Below, one piece after another: positions 51,853 to 62,791 of a DNA stretch of 64,000 nt. Every line of letters starts with the position of its first letter. Position 1 is the stretch's first letter. Origin of the DNA: Candidatus Latescibacterota bacterium (lineage in GTDB: Bacteria > Latescibacterota > UBA2968 > UBA8231); assembly GCA_965243025.1 (NCBI GenBank), contig CBDETY010000003.1, positions 960,001 through 1,024,000 on the forward strand, in the 5' to 3' direction. The translations under genes and the position numbers were made by a program. Under the pieces are notes generated by a model that was given only the letters and a program-made list of their open reading frames with translations, did no database searches and had not been told where the DNA came from.

Positions 51853-54800
51853 CTACTGACAGTTCCTCCGCTGAGAGCTATCGGAAGTAGGTCTTGACAC
51901 CAACCGCGGAAGCGTTTCCAGCCGTGCAGGAAGTCTCCAGTCGAGGCTCGAGTCGCGGCCGAAGACCTCAACCCTCGTGGCTTCCCCAAGCTGGTCGGTC
52001 AGCTCGCCATCCTTGTACCATCCAAGAAGATGTTCCGTGCATTCGCCATGCAACCAGAGGCTCAGGAGAGCCGTGAAGCCGGTGGGGGAGCCGTTATTAA
52101 GTTCGGGATGGAGGGACACCGGCGGATGCCAACCGTCAATTCCACTGTGACCACCCGAGCCATAACTAACCGTGCCTCCCTGGAACTGAACCTGATCCAG
52201 GCGGACGTGTAAGGTCGATAGGAGGGTTTCGGGAAGCTGGGCCACCCCGTCCGGCCAGTCTACTCTTATCTCTGCTCTTCTTGTTGGCGACGGCAACACG
52301 GGAAACTGAGAGGGCAGCCATGCTTCGAATGCCTGGTAAAAAGCATCGGTGCGGGTGCCGAAGGCTTCCTGGAATGCCTGTTGCCAAGTCGGGCGTTCGC
52401 CCAGCAGCTTCCAGTACTTCACGTACGACTCCTCCCCTGCCTGCTCAACCGCGAACGCTGCCCCGGCGAAGGCCAAAGCGTAGCTGGCAGTCGCCGAATC
52501 CGCTCGAACGCAAACGTTGCGATAGAACTCCACTGCATCCTCTCTCCTCGATAGATCACCTTCGTTGAGCGTTCCTGCTGCCCAGGATTTCTCCAACACA
52601 AGGAATTTTTTAATGCCGTCGTGCCACTCCCCGTTCACCCGGTTCAGCAAGTACGCGAAATCGGCATACGCAGCGAAGCCCTCAACCGGCCATTTGGGCC
52701 AAATTCCTCCACCAGCCGTATTAGAGTAATACGCGATTTCGCCGCCCTCCAGTTGCTCGAATCCTGAAGCGAGTTGTCCCTGCAGAACGTGGAAGTACTC
52801 GTGAGCAATGGGCTCCTTGGCCGAAAGAACCAAAAGTCCCGGATCTTTCAGCAGAAGCCCCCTCTTTTTCTCAAACCCGTACGTGAGCACCACCACGGCG
52901 CCCCCTGTTCCAGAGCCAACAACCTGAGCTTGCCCCCAAATGGGGGGCACGTACCTCGGGTCAATTTGGGCGAGTTCTTCCCGGCTCCCGACCAGCACGG
53001 TGAAGCCGGTTGCCTCGACGCCGAAACGGGCGGCGAAGTAGGCCCGCGAATACTCCATCTCCTCGCGCAGGATGGTCTGGTCTTCCTCGGGTATATCTCC
53101 CAGGAACAGCCAGGTCGGAGGGGGTGTGGAAAGGACTCCGGGATCAATGGTCGTAACCGGGGGAAGATTCTCCAATTCCGCATTCAGCACCTCCATATTC
53201 ACCTCATCGATGTTCCTCAACCACCTCAGAAAGTCCGCATCCGGCGCCCGAAGATGGGTAAACCGAAAAGAGACCCATTCCAACTCCGTCAGATTCGTCA
53301 GGTTGGATGGGATGATTCCACTTAACCGATTCCACCCAAGGCGCAAGGTTTTGAGTTTGGTTAGATTGCCCAACTCGGAGGGAATGGGGCCACGCAACTG
53401 ATTCCTGCCAAGATATAGGGATTCGAGGTTGGAGAGATTGCCCAACTCGGAAGGGATCGGTCCGGTTAACTGATTGCTGCCAAGAGATAGCTTTCGGAGG
53501 TTTGAGAGATCGCCCAACTCGGAAGGGATCGGTCCGGTTAACTGATTGCTGCCAAGCGATAGATCTCGGAGGTTTGAGAGATCGCCCAACTCGGAGGGGA
53601 CCGGCCCCCTCAACTGATTATTGTTTAGTATCAGGTATTCGAGGTTGCTCAGATCGCCCAACTCGGAGGGGATCGGTCCGGTCAATTGATTGCCGGCAAG
53701 CCACAGCTCTCGGAGGTTTGAGAGACCGCCCAGCCAGGAGGGGACCGGGGCACTCAACTGGATACCGCTAAGGTACAGCTCCTCGAGGTTGCTCAGATCG
53801 CCCAATCCGGAGAGAATCGGCCCGCTCAAGGGATTTCCCCTAAGGCTTAGCACTCGGAGGTTTGAGAGACCGCCCAACCAGGAGGGGATCGGCCCGGTCA
53901 ACTGATTGCTGCCAAGCCATAGCTCTTGGAGGTTGCTCAGGTCGCCCAATCCGGAGGGAATCGGCCCGCTCAACTGATTTCTTTCAAGGGACAGCTTCTC
54001 GAGGTTGCTCAGATCGCCCAACCAGGTGGGGACCTGTCCAGTCAACCCGCCATTCCAGCCAAGGTTTAGCACTCTGAGGTTTGAGAGAGCACCCAATTCG
54101 GGGGGGATCGGCCCGCTCAACTGGTTTTCGTTAAGGCTTAGATGTTCCAGTCTGGAAAGATTGCCCAACTCGGAGGGGACGGGCCCCGTCAACTGATTCC
54201 TTGCCAGGTAAATGAATTCGATCTCGGAAAGGCGACCCAAATCCTTTGGTATTTCCCCTCGCAGGTTTGTGTTGAACAGGCTCAACCAGGTCACCCGCCC
54301 ATTGGCATCGGTTTCCACGCCCTGCCATTCGTAGAGTGGACGGTCGCTCAGCCAGTTCGTGTTGTCCGTCCAGTTGGGTCCATCTGTCGCCTGGTACAGC
54401 GCCACGAGAGCAGCACGGTCCCCGGCGGGGGATCCGGTAGTCGGAGCCGCCGAGTCTACGGTGACGCGAACTCCGGCCGAGCAGTTGTTCCCTGCGCTCT
54501 CGCCGCCGACGCTGACCACACAGGCCCCGTAATACCAGGTGCCTTCCGCCGATGGCGCGGTCAGCCGGATCGACTCGGCACTGGTGGCTGCAGCGGACAG
54601 GGCATTCACCGCATCCGTACCTATTCGCCTGTCCCGGGTGGAGATCGTCCGGTTGGTCGAGCGGTAGTAGCGCAGCGTGGTTGCCTCCGACGGTCCCGTC
54701 CCCTGGTTGCGCACGGTGGCGCTCAGGGTGAAGGACTGCCCCGGCGTCAGGGTGCTGTCGCTGACCGAAATCGACGCCACGACCAGGTCGGCGGGGCTGC

Positions 54801-56061
54801 CGGTCACCTCGAAGGTGTAGGTCCGCAGGACCGTGCCATCCGATTCCCGCCACAGCTCTACCGTGGCCTCTCCCTCGGCGCACCCGGACAGGTAGACGGC
54901 CTGGCCGTTCTCGCGCGTTACGTCGTCGTCGGCTTCGGCCGGGCAGTAGTTGCCCCGGCCGCTGCGGGTCGTGATCTCCAGCCCCGGGGCAGTCCCGGCC
55001 GGGTTGACCACCACCGAGACCGGCTCGCCGGCCTCGACCGTGAAGCGGTGCCAGGCCCCGTCGTCGGCAAAGGACACCGTCGAAGGGTCCGGCGACAGCG
55101 AAGCCGTGGCCGCCACCGGTTCCCCGATCCCTGCGGGTAGCACCGGATCAGACGGATCGTTCAGCCAGGCGGCGATGAGCCAGGCATCCGACAGATCGAC
55201 CTGGCCGTCGGCATTGACATCCCCCAGAGAGATATCGCCGTTGTTGGGAATGAAAACAGAAGCATCCAGGCTGTACAGGGCCACCAGCAGGGCATCGAAG
55301 AAATCGACACCCCCCGTGTTGTCCACGTCGCCGAGGATCCCGCCTGAGGAGGTAACTTTCGCTGGTGGAGCACTCCCGGAAGCTTTGACCACCACCTCCA
55401 GCGGAGCCATGGCCGCCTCGACCCGGAAGGCGGGGTCGACGTAGGGGACCAGTCCCGGTCCCGAGACCGTCAACCCGTAGGCCGAGGTCGCTTCCCTGCC
55501 CTCGTCCCTTGCGGCGGTCGCATCCCCCGGCCCACCCGAAGACATCCCCGCCTGCCCGTCCATCAGCAGCATCGACCGGGTGGCCTGCACTCCGTCGCCG
55601 CTGAGCCGGTAGAGATAGACCCCGGCGCCCACCGCCTCCCCGGCCCCACCCGTGGCGTCCCAACTGGCGGTATGAAAACCGGCCGGCTGTTCCCCGTCGA
55701 CCAGGGTCGCCACCCGCTGCCCCAGGAGGTTGAACACCTCCAGGCGCACGTACATGGAGGCCGGCAACTGGTAGGGAATCATCGTGGACGGATTGAAGGG
55801 GTTGGGATAGTTCGCCCCCAACTCGAAGCGCTCCGGCAGGACCCCGGCAAGGGTGGCCAAAGGCAGGACGAAATGACCCGATCCATCCGAAATAGCGGCC
55901 AGCGGAGCCATGCGCAGATCGGACCAATCGAACAGCAGCACCCGGGCTCCGGGCACCGGTGCGCCGGAAGGCAGAAGGACCCTGCCCTCGACAACGGGCT
56001 CGGTTGATGCATGACCCCATGACCCCACCATCCCGAGGATGCAGATGACGGCTGTTTTCAT
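51853..56061 (-). CDS. Secreted LRR protein: N-terminal FlgD-Ig, dockerin-like and CARDB domains, plant-type LRRs, C-terminal HEXXH domain
   Basis: Probable start MKTAVICILG. ANYPNPFNPST, GDVDNTGGVDFFD, LxxLxLxxNQLxGPIPxELG repeats, and IAHEYFHVLQ...WPVEGFA (gluzincin-like). Confidence 0.9.
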   Translation of the reverse strand: MKTAVICILGMVGSWGHASTEPVVEGRVLLPSGAPVPGARVLLFDWSDLRMAPLAAISDGSGHFVLPLATLAGVLPERFELGANYPNPFNPSTMIPYQLPASMYVRLEVFNLLGQRVATLVDGEQPAGFHTASWDATGGAGEAVGAGVYLYRLSGDGVQATRSMLLMDGQAGMSSGGPGDATAARDEGREATSAYGLTVSGPGLVPYVDPAFRVEAAMAPLEVVVKASGSAPPAKVTSSGGILGDVDNTGGVDFFDALLVALYSLDASVFIPNNGDISLGDVNADGQVDLSDAWLIAAWLNDPSDPVLPAGIGEPVAATASLSPDPSTVSFADDGAWHRFTVEAGEPVSVVVNPAGTAPGLEITTRSGRGNYCPAEADDDVTRENGQAVYLSGCAEGEATVELWRESDGTVLRTYTFEVTGSPADLVVASISVSDSTLTPGQSFTLSATVRNQGTGPSEATTLRYYRSTNRTISTRDRRIGTDAVNALSAAATSAESIRLTAPSAEGTWYYGACVVSVGGESAGNNCSAGVRVTVDSAAPTTGSPAGDRAALVALYQATDGPNWTDNTNWLSDRPLYEWQGVETDANGRVTWLSLFNTNLRGEIPKDLGRLSEIEFIYLARNQLTGPVPSELGNLSRLEHLSLNENQLSGPIPPELGALSNLRVLNLGWNGGLTGQVPTWLGDLSNLEKLSLERNQLSGPIPSGLGDLSNLQELWLGSNQLTGPIPSWLGGLSNLRVLSLRGNPLSGPILSGLGDLSNLEELYLSGIQLSAPVPSWLGGLSNLRELWLAGNQLTGPIPSELGDLSNLEYLILNNNQLRGPVPSELGDLSNLRDLSLGSNQLTGPIPSELGDLSNLRKLSLGSNQLTGPIPSELGNLSNLESLYLGRNQLRGPIPSELGNLTKLKTLRLGWNRLSGIIPSNLTNLTELEWVSFRFTHLRAPDADFLRWLRNIDEVNMEVLNAELENLPPVTTIDPGVLSTPPPTWLFLGDIPEEDQTILREEMEYSRAYFAARFGVEATGFTVLVGSREELAQIDPRYVPPIWGQAQVVGSGTGGAVVVLTYGFEKKRGLLLKDPGLLVLSAKEPIAHEYFHVLQGQLASGFEQLEGGEIAYYSNTAGGGIWPKWPVEGFAAYADFAYLLNRVNGEWHDGIKKFLVLEKSWAAGTLNEGDLSRREDAVEFYRNVCVRADSATASYALAFAGAAFAVEQAGEESYVKYWKLLGERPTWQQAFQEAFGTRTDAFYQAFEAWLPSQFPVLPSPTRRAEIRVDWPDGVAQLPETLLSTLHVRLDQVQFQGGTVSYGSGGHSGIDGWHPPVSLHPELNNGSPTGFTALLSLWLHGECTEHLLGWYKDGELTDQLGEATRVEVFGRDSSLDWRLPARLETLPRLVSRPTSDSSQRRNCQ

Positions 56062-56332
56062 TCCCTCAAACTTCTCCGGGTTAAGTACCCATACGATTAG
56101 GGCTATACCTCTTTTCGCCCACCGGATGGGCAAAACGCAATTTGGGCTTGGAGCGATGCCTGCCTCTCCTGACGGGCAGATGTGGCCGCATGCTACCCCC
56201 GGGCCCTCGACCTGGTTCCGCGGCGGGCCTGAAGTGTCAACGCGGTCCCAGATTGGGAACGACCATCTAATAGACCGGCGCACGGTGGGCCTGAGGCAGA
56301 TGCAGCCCTGAGCCTGCTGTCTTCGGGGGTTC

Positions 56333-59300
56333 TCATCGCACCCACGAGGCCGAATCCGGCAGGCCGTGACTGGTCAAGACCTCCATCCCCGGTTCCGGCA
56401 GCGCACGGGCGGCCAGGCGTTTTCCGGCCGGCCGTTTCCCGTCCGCCTCCGGCCAGTCTCGCAGGACGCCCCGGACGCGTCCCGTGTCGCGGTCCAGCAG
56501 GAGCGCGGCGGAAGGGTCTTCCACGCCGTCCAGGATCGAGACGCCCTCGGGGCCGGAAAGCACGATGCGCGCCAGCCGGCCCGCCCAATCGGCCTCTGCG
56601 GGAAGAATGAAAGCGAAGGCGCCGCCTTGGCCGCCGCACCCGAGCTCAGGCATTCCGAAGGGCAGGCTGAAAAGGCTGTCGCCGTCTTCATCCTCCCCGT
56701 GAAGCCGGTAGGGGCCGTCCAGCCGCGGCGGGACAGGCGGGGCGCTGACCACGAAGGCGGGTTCGACGAAGAGCTCTCCGCTCTCGTTCCGACCGCCCCA
56801 CAGCAGCAGGCCGCGCCCCGAGGATGCGTATTTCGCCGCCAGGCGCGGGGCCTCGGATCGGGAGCGGTAGCCCATGGCCTTGGCGAAGGAATATTCGCTG
56901 ATCCACTGGGGGTCGCAGTAGGTCATCAGGTCCGACGTTCCCGCACTCACCAGCGTCTCGGTGAGGAAATCGTATCCCCACACGCCGACGGACCCGTCCG
57001 CATAGGGATATTCGGGATCGGGGCCACCCGCGCCACAACCCGGGGCGTGCTCGAGGCTCAAGTTGTGTCCGAGTTCGTGGGCAATGGTGTTTGGGTCAAG
57101 GATGGACAGACTTGTGGATCCCGGCTTGTGGGCTATCCCCAACAGACCGCCGGCACCCTGCTTTCGGAAGATGCCCATATGGTATCCGCTCGCGCCTTCC
57201 ATGGCGTGGATCAGCTCGGTCTCGGGGAACAATTGGTCAACAGCGTCCGACGTGGGATCCACCGAAGTCCATACGGGCTCGTGCACGGTGAGATGGAAGT
57301 CGCCCACCGGAAGGAGATCGCGGGTCAGACGGAACAGATCGGACTCCGGCGACAATCCCTCCGTTCGCGTCAATACGGAACGGTCCGGGTTCTCTTCCCA
57401 CAGGAACGGTATCAGCGTCAGGTCGAAGAGCGGCACGGACCTCACGTTCAGAGCCGTCCGGCCCGTCGGGGGCAGGCGGGCGCCGACACCAAGGGTCGGA
57501 TCCAGGGTCTGGTCCGGATCGATCTCGACCACCATCTCCAGCCCCGGCCTCACGACGGATCCGGGCACCAACGCGTTGGCCGAATGTGAGAGGCTGCCTT
57601 CGTTGACCTGCCAGGGAATGCTCGTCGCCTGGGCAGCGATCTCCGCCGTGTGCGCCTCGGCGCCATCAAGGTAGAAGGTGGCCCGCACGGGAGGCATGGC
57701 GGCCTCCACGTCCCGTCCGGCGGTGACGAACACCCGCAGAAGGGCCGCCTCGCCGGCCACCAGGGGCACGGGGTATTCCAGCGATTGGGCGGCCTGCGTC
57801 AGGTAGGCCGTCGACCCGTCGGTACGGGCGCAGTTGGGGATGCGGCTGCTCGGAATCCCGAAAAGCCACGCCTGGAAGTCGGCGTCCTCGGGAGGGCACA
57901 ACAGCGTCTCATTCAGCGACAGGCTCTCCAGGGTGAGACGGGTCAGGGCGTCGGGCAAGGTGCCGGACAAGGCGCCGTTGTAGGCCAGGTTCAGCGATCG
58001 CAGATGGCCGAGATCGCCCAGTTCCGGCGGGAGATTGCCCCTGAGCTGATTGGATGAAAGGTCCAAGTTCGAGAGCCGGCCAAGCTGGCCCAGCTGAGGG
58101 GGGATCTCACCGGCCAACTGGTTGTTCCTAAGCCGCAATTCCTCAAGACTGCCAAGCCGTCCCATTTCGGAGGGGACCTCGCCCGTCAACTGGTTCCCGG
58201 AGAGGTCCAGAAGATCTCTGAGCTCGGTCAACTGCCCCAGTTCGGAGGGGATCTCCCCCGTCAACTGGTTCCCGGAAAGGTCCAGATTCCAGAGCTCGGT
58301 CAACTGCCCCAGTTCGGAGAGGATGCCGCCCGTCAACTGGTTCCCGGCAAGGCTCAGGTTCCCCAGATTGGACAACTGCGCCAGTCCGGAGGGGATCTCG
58401 CCCTCCAACTGGTTCCTGGCAAGGTTCAGATTCCTGAGATTGGTCAATTGCCCCAATTCGGAGGGGATCTCCCCGTTAAGGTCGTTGTTGATCAGCCGCA
58501 GCCTTTCGAGATTGCCGAGTTGTCCCAGTTCCGGAGGGATCTCGCCCGTCAGGGAAAAATTGTCGACAAGCTCCAGCACTCGCAGATTGGCGAGTTGTCC
58601 CAGTTCCCGGGGGATGGTGCCCGTCAACCGGGTGTACCAGATCTCCAGGGTTTCGAGATTCGTGAGACGCCCCAGTTCCGGGGGGATCTCGCCGGTCAAC
58701 GGGTTATAGGAAAGGTTCAGATTCGAGAGACGGGTGAGTCGTCCCAGTTCCGGAGGGATCTCGCCCTTCAACCGGTTCCCGGAAAGATTCAAATCCCCGA
58801 GGTTGGCCAACTGCCCCAGTTCGGAGGGGATCTCGTCCTCCAATTGGTTCCCGGAAAGGTTCAAATCCCCGAGGTTGGCCAACTGCCCCAGTTCGGAGGG
58901 GATCTCGCCCTCCAACCGGTTCCCGGAAACGTCCAGATTCGAGAGATGGGTGAGTCGTCCCAGCCCCGCGGGCAGGGGGCCCTGCAGGTTGTTGTCGGCA
59001 AGGAGCAGTCCCGTCACGCGTCCGCCGGAATCGGTGGTCACCCCGTACCATTCGCCCAGGGGCGCGGCCCTGGCCCAGTTTGTCTTGTTCGTCCAGTTCC
59101 GGCCGTCCGTCCCGCTGTACAACTCGACCAGGGCATAGTAGTCCAACCGTGTGTCGATACAGTGGGGCACTCCGGTGCCGCCGGATATCCCATTGAGCCA
59201 ACTCTGGAATTCGGCGCCGGGGGGAGTGCACACCTCGGAGCCCTGCAACGCCAGACGTTCGAGAGGGAGCGCCGTGATCGTCTGAGGCAAGGGACCGGAC

Positions 59301-62300
59301 AGGGCGGCGTTGCCGGCGAGATTCAGCGTCTTGAGGTTGGCGAGACCACCCAGCGCGGGGGACAAGGTCCCGCTCAGGTTGTTGTTCTCGAGGTTCAACC
59401 CGGTCACGCCCCCGCCGGCGTCGATGGTCACCCCGTACCATTCGCCCAGGGGCGCCGCGCTAGCCCAGTTTGCCTTGTTCGTCCAGTTCGGTCCGTCTGT
59501 CCCGACGTAGAGCGCCGCCAGGGCGTCCCATTGCGGATCGCGGCAATGTTCATAGGGAAAGAGGAACTCTATCTCATTGAGCCATTCCTGGAATTCGACC
59601 GCCCGAGGCACGCACACATTGGTGCCCACCAGCGCGAATCTTTCGAGAGGGAGTGCGGTGAATTCTCTAGGCAAGGGTCCCGACAGGCCGTCATTGGCGG
59701 CAAGGTTCAGGTCAGAAAGCTTGGACAGCTGACCCAGTTCCGGCGGTATCGCACCGGTCAATCGGTTTCCACCAAGAATCAATTCTTCGAGGTTGGCCAG
59801 CTGTCCCAGTTCCGGAGGGATCGTTCCCGTCAACTGGTTTGAGCCAAGTAACAATTCTTCGAGATTGGCCAGCTGTCCCAGTTCCCGAGGGATCGCCTCC
59901 GCCAACTGATTGCCGGCAAGCCACAATCTTTCGAGCTTGGTCAGTTGTCCCAGTTCCGGGGGTATCGCATCCGTCAAATTATTGGTCTGAATGTCCAACT
60001 GTTTGAGATTGGCCAGTCGTGCCAGTTCCGGAGGTATCGCACCCGTCAACCGGTTATGTTGAAGAATCAATCTTTCGAGCTTGGCCAGCTGTCCCAGTTC
60101 CGGAGGGATCGTTCCCGTCACCCGGGTTCTGTAAAGTTCCAACGTGGTGAGATTGGCCAGTTGTCCCAGTTCCGGAGGTATGGTCCCCGTCAACGCGTTG
60201 TGGTTAAGTTGCAACTGTGTGAGCTTGGTCAGCTGCCTCAGTACCGGCGGTATCGTTCCTTCCAACGCGTTCGCGGCAAGGTTCAACCTTGTGAGATCGG
60301 TGAGTTGTCCCAGTTCGGGGGGTATCGTTCCCGTCAACTCATTCGAGCTAAGCCACAACTCCGTGAGATTGGCCAGCTGGCCCAGTTCGATTGGAATCGT
60401 CCCCGTCAACTGGTTTTGGTGAAGCTCCAACCTTTCGAGGTTGGACAGCTGGCCCAGTTCGATTGGAATGGTCCCTGTCAGCTGGTTATCTCCGAGTTCC
60501 AAGTATCTGAGCTTGGTCAGCCCTGCCAGTTCGGTTGGAATGGTTCCTGTCAACTGGTTGTATCCAAGGCTCAAAGATTGGAGCTCGGACAGCCGTGCCA
60601 GTTCCGGCGGTATGGTCCCCGTCAGCTGGTTGCCGCCAAGGCGCAACCTTTCGAGGTTGGCCAGCTGGCCCAGTTCCGGCGGTATGGTCCCCGTCAGCTG
60701 GTTACTTGCGAGTTCCAAGGATCTGAGCTTGGCCAGTTGGACCAGTTCGATTGGAATCGTCCCCGTCAACTCATTCTGGTAAAGCTCCAACCGTTCGAGG
60801 TTGGACAGCCGTACCAGTTCGATTGGAATGGTTCCCGTCAACTGGTTATCTGCGAGTTCCAGGGATCTGAGCTTGGCCAGCCGTGCCAGTTGGGTTGGAA
60901 TGGTCCCCGTCAACTCGTTGAATCCAAGCCCCAACCTTTCGAGCTCGGACAGCTGTGCCAGTTCCACAGGTATCGGCCCTCGCAGGTTGGTGTTGGTCAG
61001 CGTCAAGCTGGTCACACGCCCGTTGGCGGTGGTCACGCCGTACCATTCGCTCAGGGGCCTGTCGCTCAGCCAGTTCGTGTTGTCCGTCCAGTCGGGTCCA
61101 TCCGTCGCCTTGTAGAGTGCAACCAGAGCAGCGCGGTCCCCGGCGGGGGATCCGGTAGTCGGAGCCGCCGAGTCTACGGTGACGCGGACTCCGGCCGAGC
61201 AGTTGTTCCCTGCGCTCTCGCCGCCGACGCTGACCACACAGGCCCCGTAGTACCAGGTGCCTTCCGCCGACGGCGCGGTCAGCCGGATCGAATCGACCCG
61301 GGTGCCGGCCGCGGCCAGGGCGCTCACCGCATCCGTACCTATTCGCGTATCCCGGGTGGAGATCGTCCGGTTGGTCGAGCGGTAGTAGCGTAGCGTGGTT
61401 GCCTCCGACTGTCCCGTCCCTTGGTTGCGGACCGTGGCGCTCAAGGTGAAGGACTGCCCCGGCGTCAGGGTGCTGTCGCTGACCGAGACCGAGGCCACCA
61501 CGAGGTCGGCGGGGCTCCCGGTCACCTCGAAGGTGTAGGTTCGCAGGACCGTGCCGTCTGATTCCTCCCGCAGCTCCACGGTGGCCGCGCCTTGGGCGCA
61601 CCCGGCCAGGTAGAGCCTCTGGGCGTCCTGGCGCGAGACCTCGTCGTCGGCTTCGGCCGGGCAGTAGTTGCCCCGGCCGCTCCGCGCGGTGATCTCCAGC
61701 CGCGGGGGGCCCCCCTCCGGGTTGGCCACCACTGTGACCGGCTCGCCAGCCTGCACCGTGAACCGGTGCCAGGATCCATCGTCGATGAAGGCCACCGTCG
61801 AGGGGTCCGGCGACAGCGAAGCGGCCGGACCCGCCGGCTCCCCGATGCCGGCCGGCAGCGTCGGGTCGGAGGGGTCGTTGAGCCACGCGGCGATGGCCCA
61901 GGCATCGGACAAGTCGACCTCGCCGTCGGCGCTGACGTCCCCCAACGAGATGTCGCCGCTGTTGGGCATGACGACGATAGAGGGGTAACGGCTGTACAGG
62001 GCCACCAGCAGGGCGTCGAAGAAATCGACACTCCCCGTATTGTCCACGTCGCCGAGGATCCGGTCTGAGGAGGCCACCTTCGCTCGTGGTGCCCCACCCG
62101 GAGCTTCGACCACGACATCCAGCAGAGCCATGCCCGCCTGCACCCGGAAGGCCGGGTCGACGTGGGGGATCAGCCCCGGACCCGAAACCGTCAACCCGTA
62201 GACCCGGGCGGTCTGCCCGGCTTCTTTGGCGCCTTCTCCTCCCGAGCCGGTCGCCCCGCCCCCTCCTGACGGAGTCCCGGCCCGCCCGTCGATCAGCAGC

Positions 62301-62791
62301 ATCGACCGGGTGGCCTGCACCCCGTCGCCGCTGAGCCGGTAGAGATAGACCCCGGCGCCCACCGCCTCCCCGGCCGCATCGGTGGCGTCCCAGCGGGCCG
62401 TGTGAAAACCTGCCTGTTGCTCCCCGTCGACCAGGGTCGCCACCCGCTGCCCCAGGAGGTTGAACACCTCCAGGCGTAGGTGCATCGGATGCGGCAGTTG
62501 ATAGGGAATCATCGTGGACGGATTGAAGGGGTTGGGATAGTTCGCCCCCAACTCGAAGCGCTCCGGCAGGACCCCGGCAAGGGAGGCCAAAGGGAGGGTG
62601 AAATGACCCGAGCCGTCCGTAGTCGCTGCCAGCGGGGGGGCACGCAGGTCGGCCAGATCGAACAGCAGCACCCGGGCTCCGGGCACCGGCGCGCCGGAAG
62701 GCAGAAGGACCCTGCCCTCGACAACGGGCTGGGCCCCTGCATGACCTGAGGATCCCACCAGCGAGAGGAGGGCGAAAAGGATCGGTTTCAT
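56333..62791 (-). CDS. Secreted LRR protein: same N-terminal module, three LRR blocks, C-terminal M66-like metallopeptidase
   Basis: 24-aa NQLTGTIPPELGQL repeats with W..NW...W.GV caps, then AHELGHNLSLEHAPGCG, GVWGYD and DLMTYC. Confidence 0.9.
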   Translation of the reverse strand: MKPILFALLSLVGSSGHAGAQPVVEGRVLLPSGAPVPGARVLLFDLADLRAPPLAATTDGSGHFTLPLASLAGVLPERFELGANYPNPFNPSTMIPYQLPHPMHLRLEVFNLLGQRVATLVDGEQQAGFHTARWDATDAAGEAVGAGVYLYRLSGDGVQATRSMLLIDGRAGTPSGGGGATGSGGEGAKEAGQTARVYGLTVSGPGLIPHVDPAFRVQAGMALLDVVVEAPGGAPRAKVASSDRILGDVDNTGSVDFFDALLVALYSRYPSIVVMPNSGDISLGDVSADGEVDLSDAWAIAAWLNDPSDPTLPAGIGEPAGPAASLSPDPSTVAFIDDGSWHRFTVQAGEPVTVVANPEGGPPRLEITARSGRGNYCPAEADDEVSRQDAQRLYLAGCAQGAATVELREESDGTVLRTYTFEVTGSPADLVVASVSVSDSTLTPGQSFTLSATVRNQGTGQSEATTLRYYRSTNRTISTRDTRIGTDAVSALAAAGTRVDSIRLTAPSAEGTWYYGACVVSVGGESAGNNCSAGVRVTVDSAAPTTGSPAGDRAALVALYKATDGPDWTDNTNWLSDRPLSEWYGVTTANGRVTSLTLTNTNLRGPIPVELAQLSELERLGLGFNELTGTIPTQLARLAKLRSLELADNQLTGTIPIELVRLSNLERLELYQNELTGTIPIELVQLAKLRSLELASNQLTGTIPPELGQLANLERLRLGGNQLTGTIPPELARLSELQSLSLGYNQLTGTIPTELAGLTKLRYLELGDNQLTGTIPIELGQLSNLERLELHQNQLTGTIPIELGQLANLTELWLSSNELTGTIPPELGQLTDLTRLNLAANALEGTIPPVLRQLTKLTQLQLNHNALTGTIPPELGQLANLTTLELYRTRVTGTIPPELGQLAKLERLILQHNRLTGAIPPELARLANLKQLDIQTNNLTDAIPPELGQLTKLERLWLAGNQLAEAIPRELGQLANLEELLLGSNQLTGTIPPELGQLANLEELILGGNRLTGAIPPELGQLSKLSDLNLAANDGLSGPLPREFTALPLERFALVGTNVCVPRAVEFQEWLNEIEFLFPYEHCRDPQWDALAALYVGTDGPNWTNKANWASAAPLGEWYGVTIDAGGGVTGLNLENNNLSGTLSPALGGLANLKTLNLAGNAALSGPLPQTITALPLERLALQGSEVCTPPGAEFQSWLNGISGGTGVPHCIDTRLDYYALVELYSGTDGRNWTNKTNWARAAPLGEWYGVTTDSGGRVTGLLLADNNLQGPLPAGLGRLTHLSNLDVSGNRLEGEIPSELGQLANLGDLNLSGNQLEDEIPSELGQLANLGDLNLSGNRLKGEIPPELGRLTRLSNLNLSYNPLTGEIPPELGRLTNLETLEIWYTRLTGTIPRELGQLANLRVLELVDNFSLTGEIPPELGQLGNLERLRLINNDLNGEIPSELGQLTNLRNLNLARNQLEGEIPSGLAQLSNLGNLSLAGNQLTGGILSELGQLTELWNLDLSGNQLTGEIPSELGQLTELRDLLDLSGNQLTGEVPSEMGRLGSLEELRLRNNQLAGEIPPQLGQLGRLSNLDLSSNQLRGNLPPELGDLGHLRSLNLAYNGALSGTLPDALTRLTLESLSLNETLLCPPEDADFQAWLFGIPSSRIPNCARTDGSTAYLTQAAQSLEYPVPLVAGEAALLRVFVTAGRDVEAAMPPVRATFYLDGAEAHTAEIAAQATSIPWQVNEGSLSHSANALVPGSVVRPGLEMVVEIDPDQTLDPTLGVGARLPPTGRTALNVRSVPLFDLTLIPFLWEENPDRSVLTRTEGLSPESDLFRLTRDLLPVGDFHLTVHEPVWTSVDPTSDAVDQLFPETELIHAMEGASGYHMGIFRKQGAGGLLGIAHKPGSTSLSILDPNTIAHELGHNLSLEHAPGCGAGGPDPEYPYADGSVGVWGYDFLTETLVSAGTSDLMTYCDPQWISEYSFAKAMGYRSRSEAPRLAAKYASSGRGLLLWGGRNESGELFVEPAFVVSAPPVPPRLDGPYRLHGEDEDGDSLFSLPFGMPELGCGGQGGAFAFILPAEADWAGRLARIVLSGPEGVSILDGVEDPSAALLLDRDTGRVRGVLRDWPEADGKRPAGKRLAARALPEPGMEVLTSHGLPDSASWVR

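Noticed and set aside
53300-61000. 72-bp periodic repeats
   Set aside because: Fully explained by 24-aa LRR coding units.
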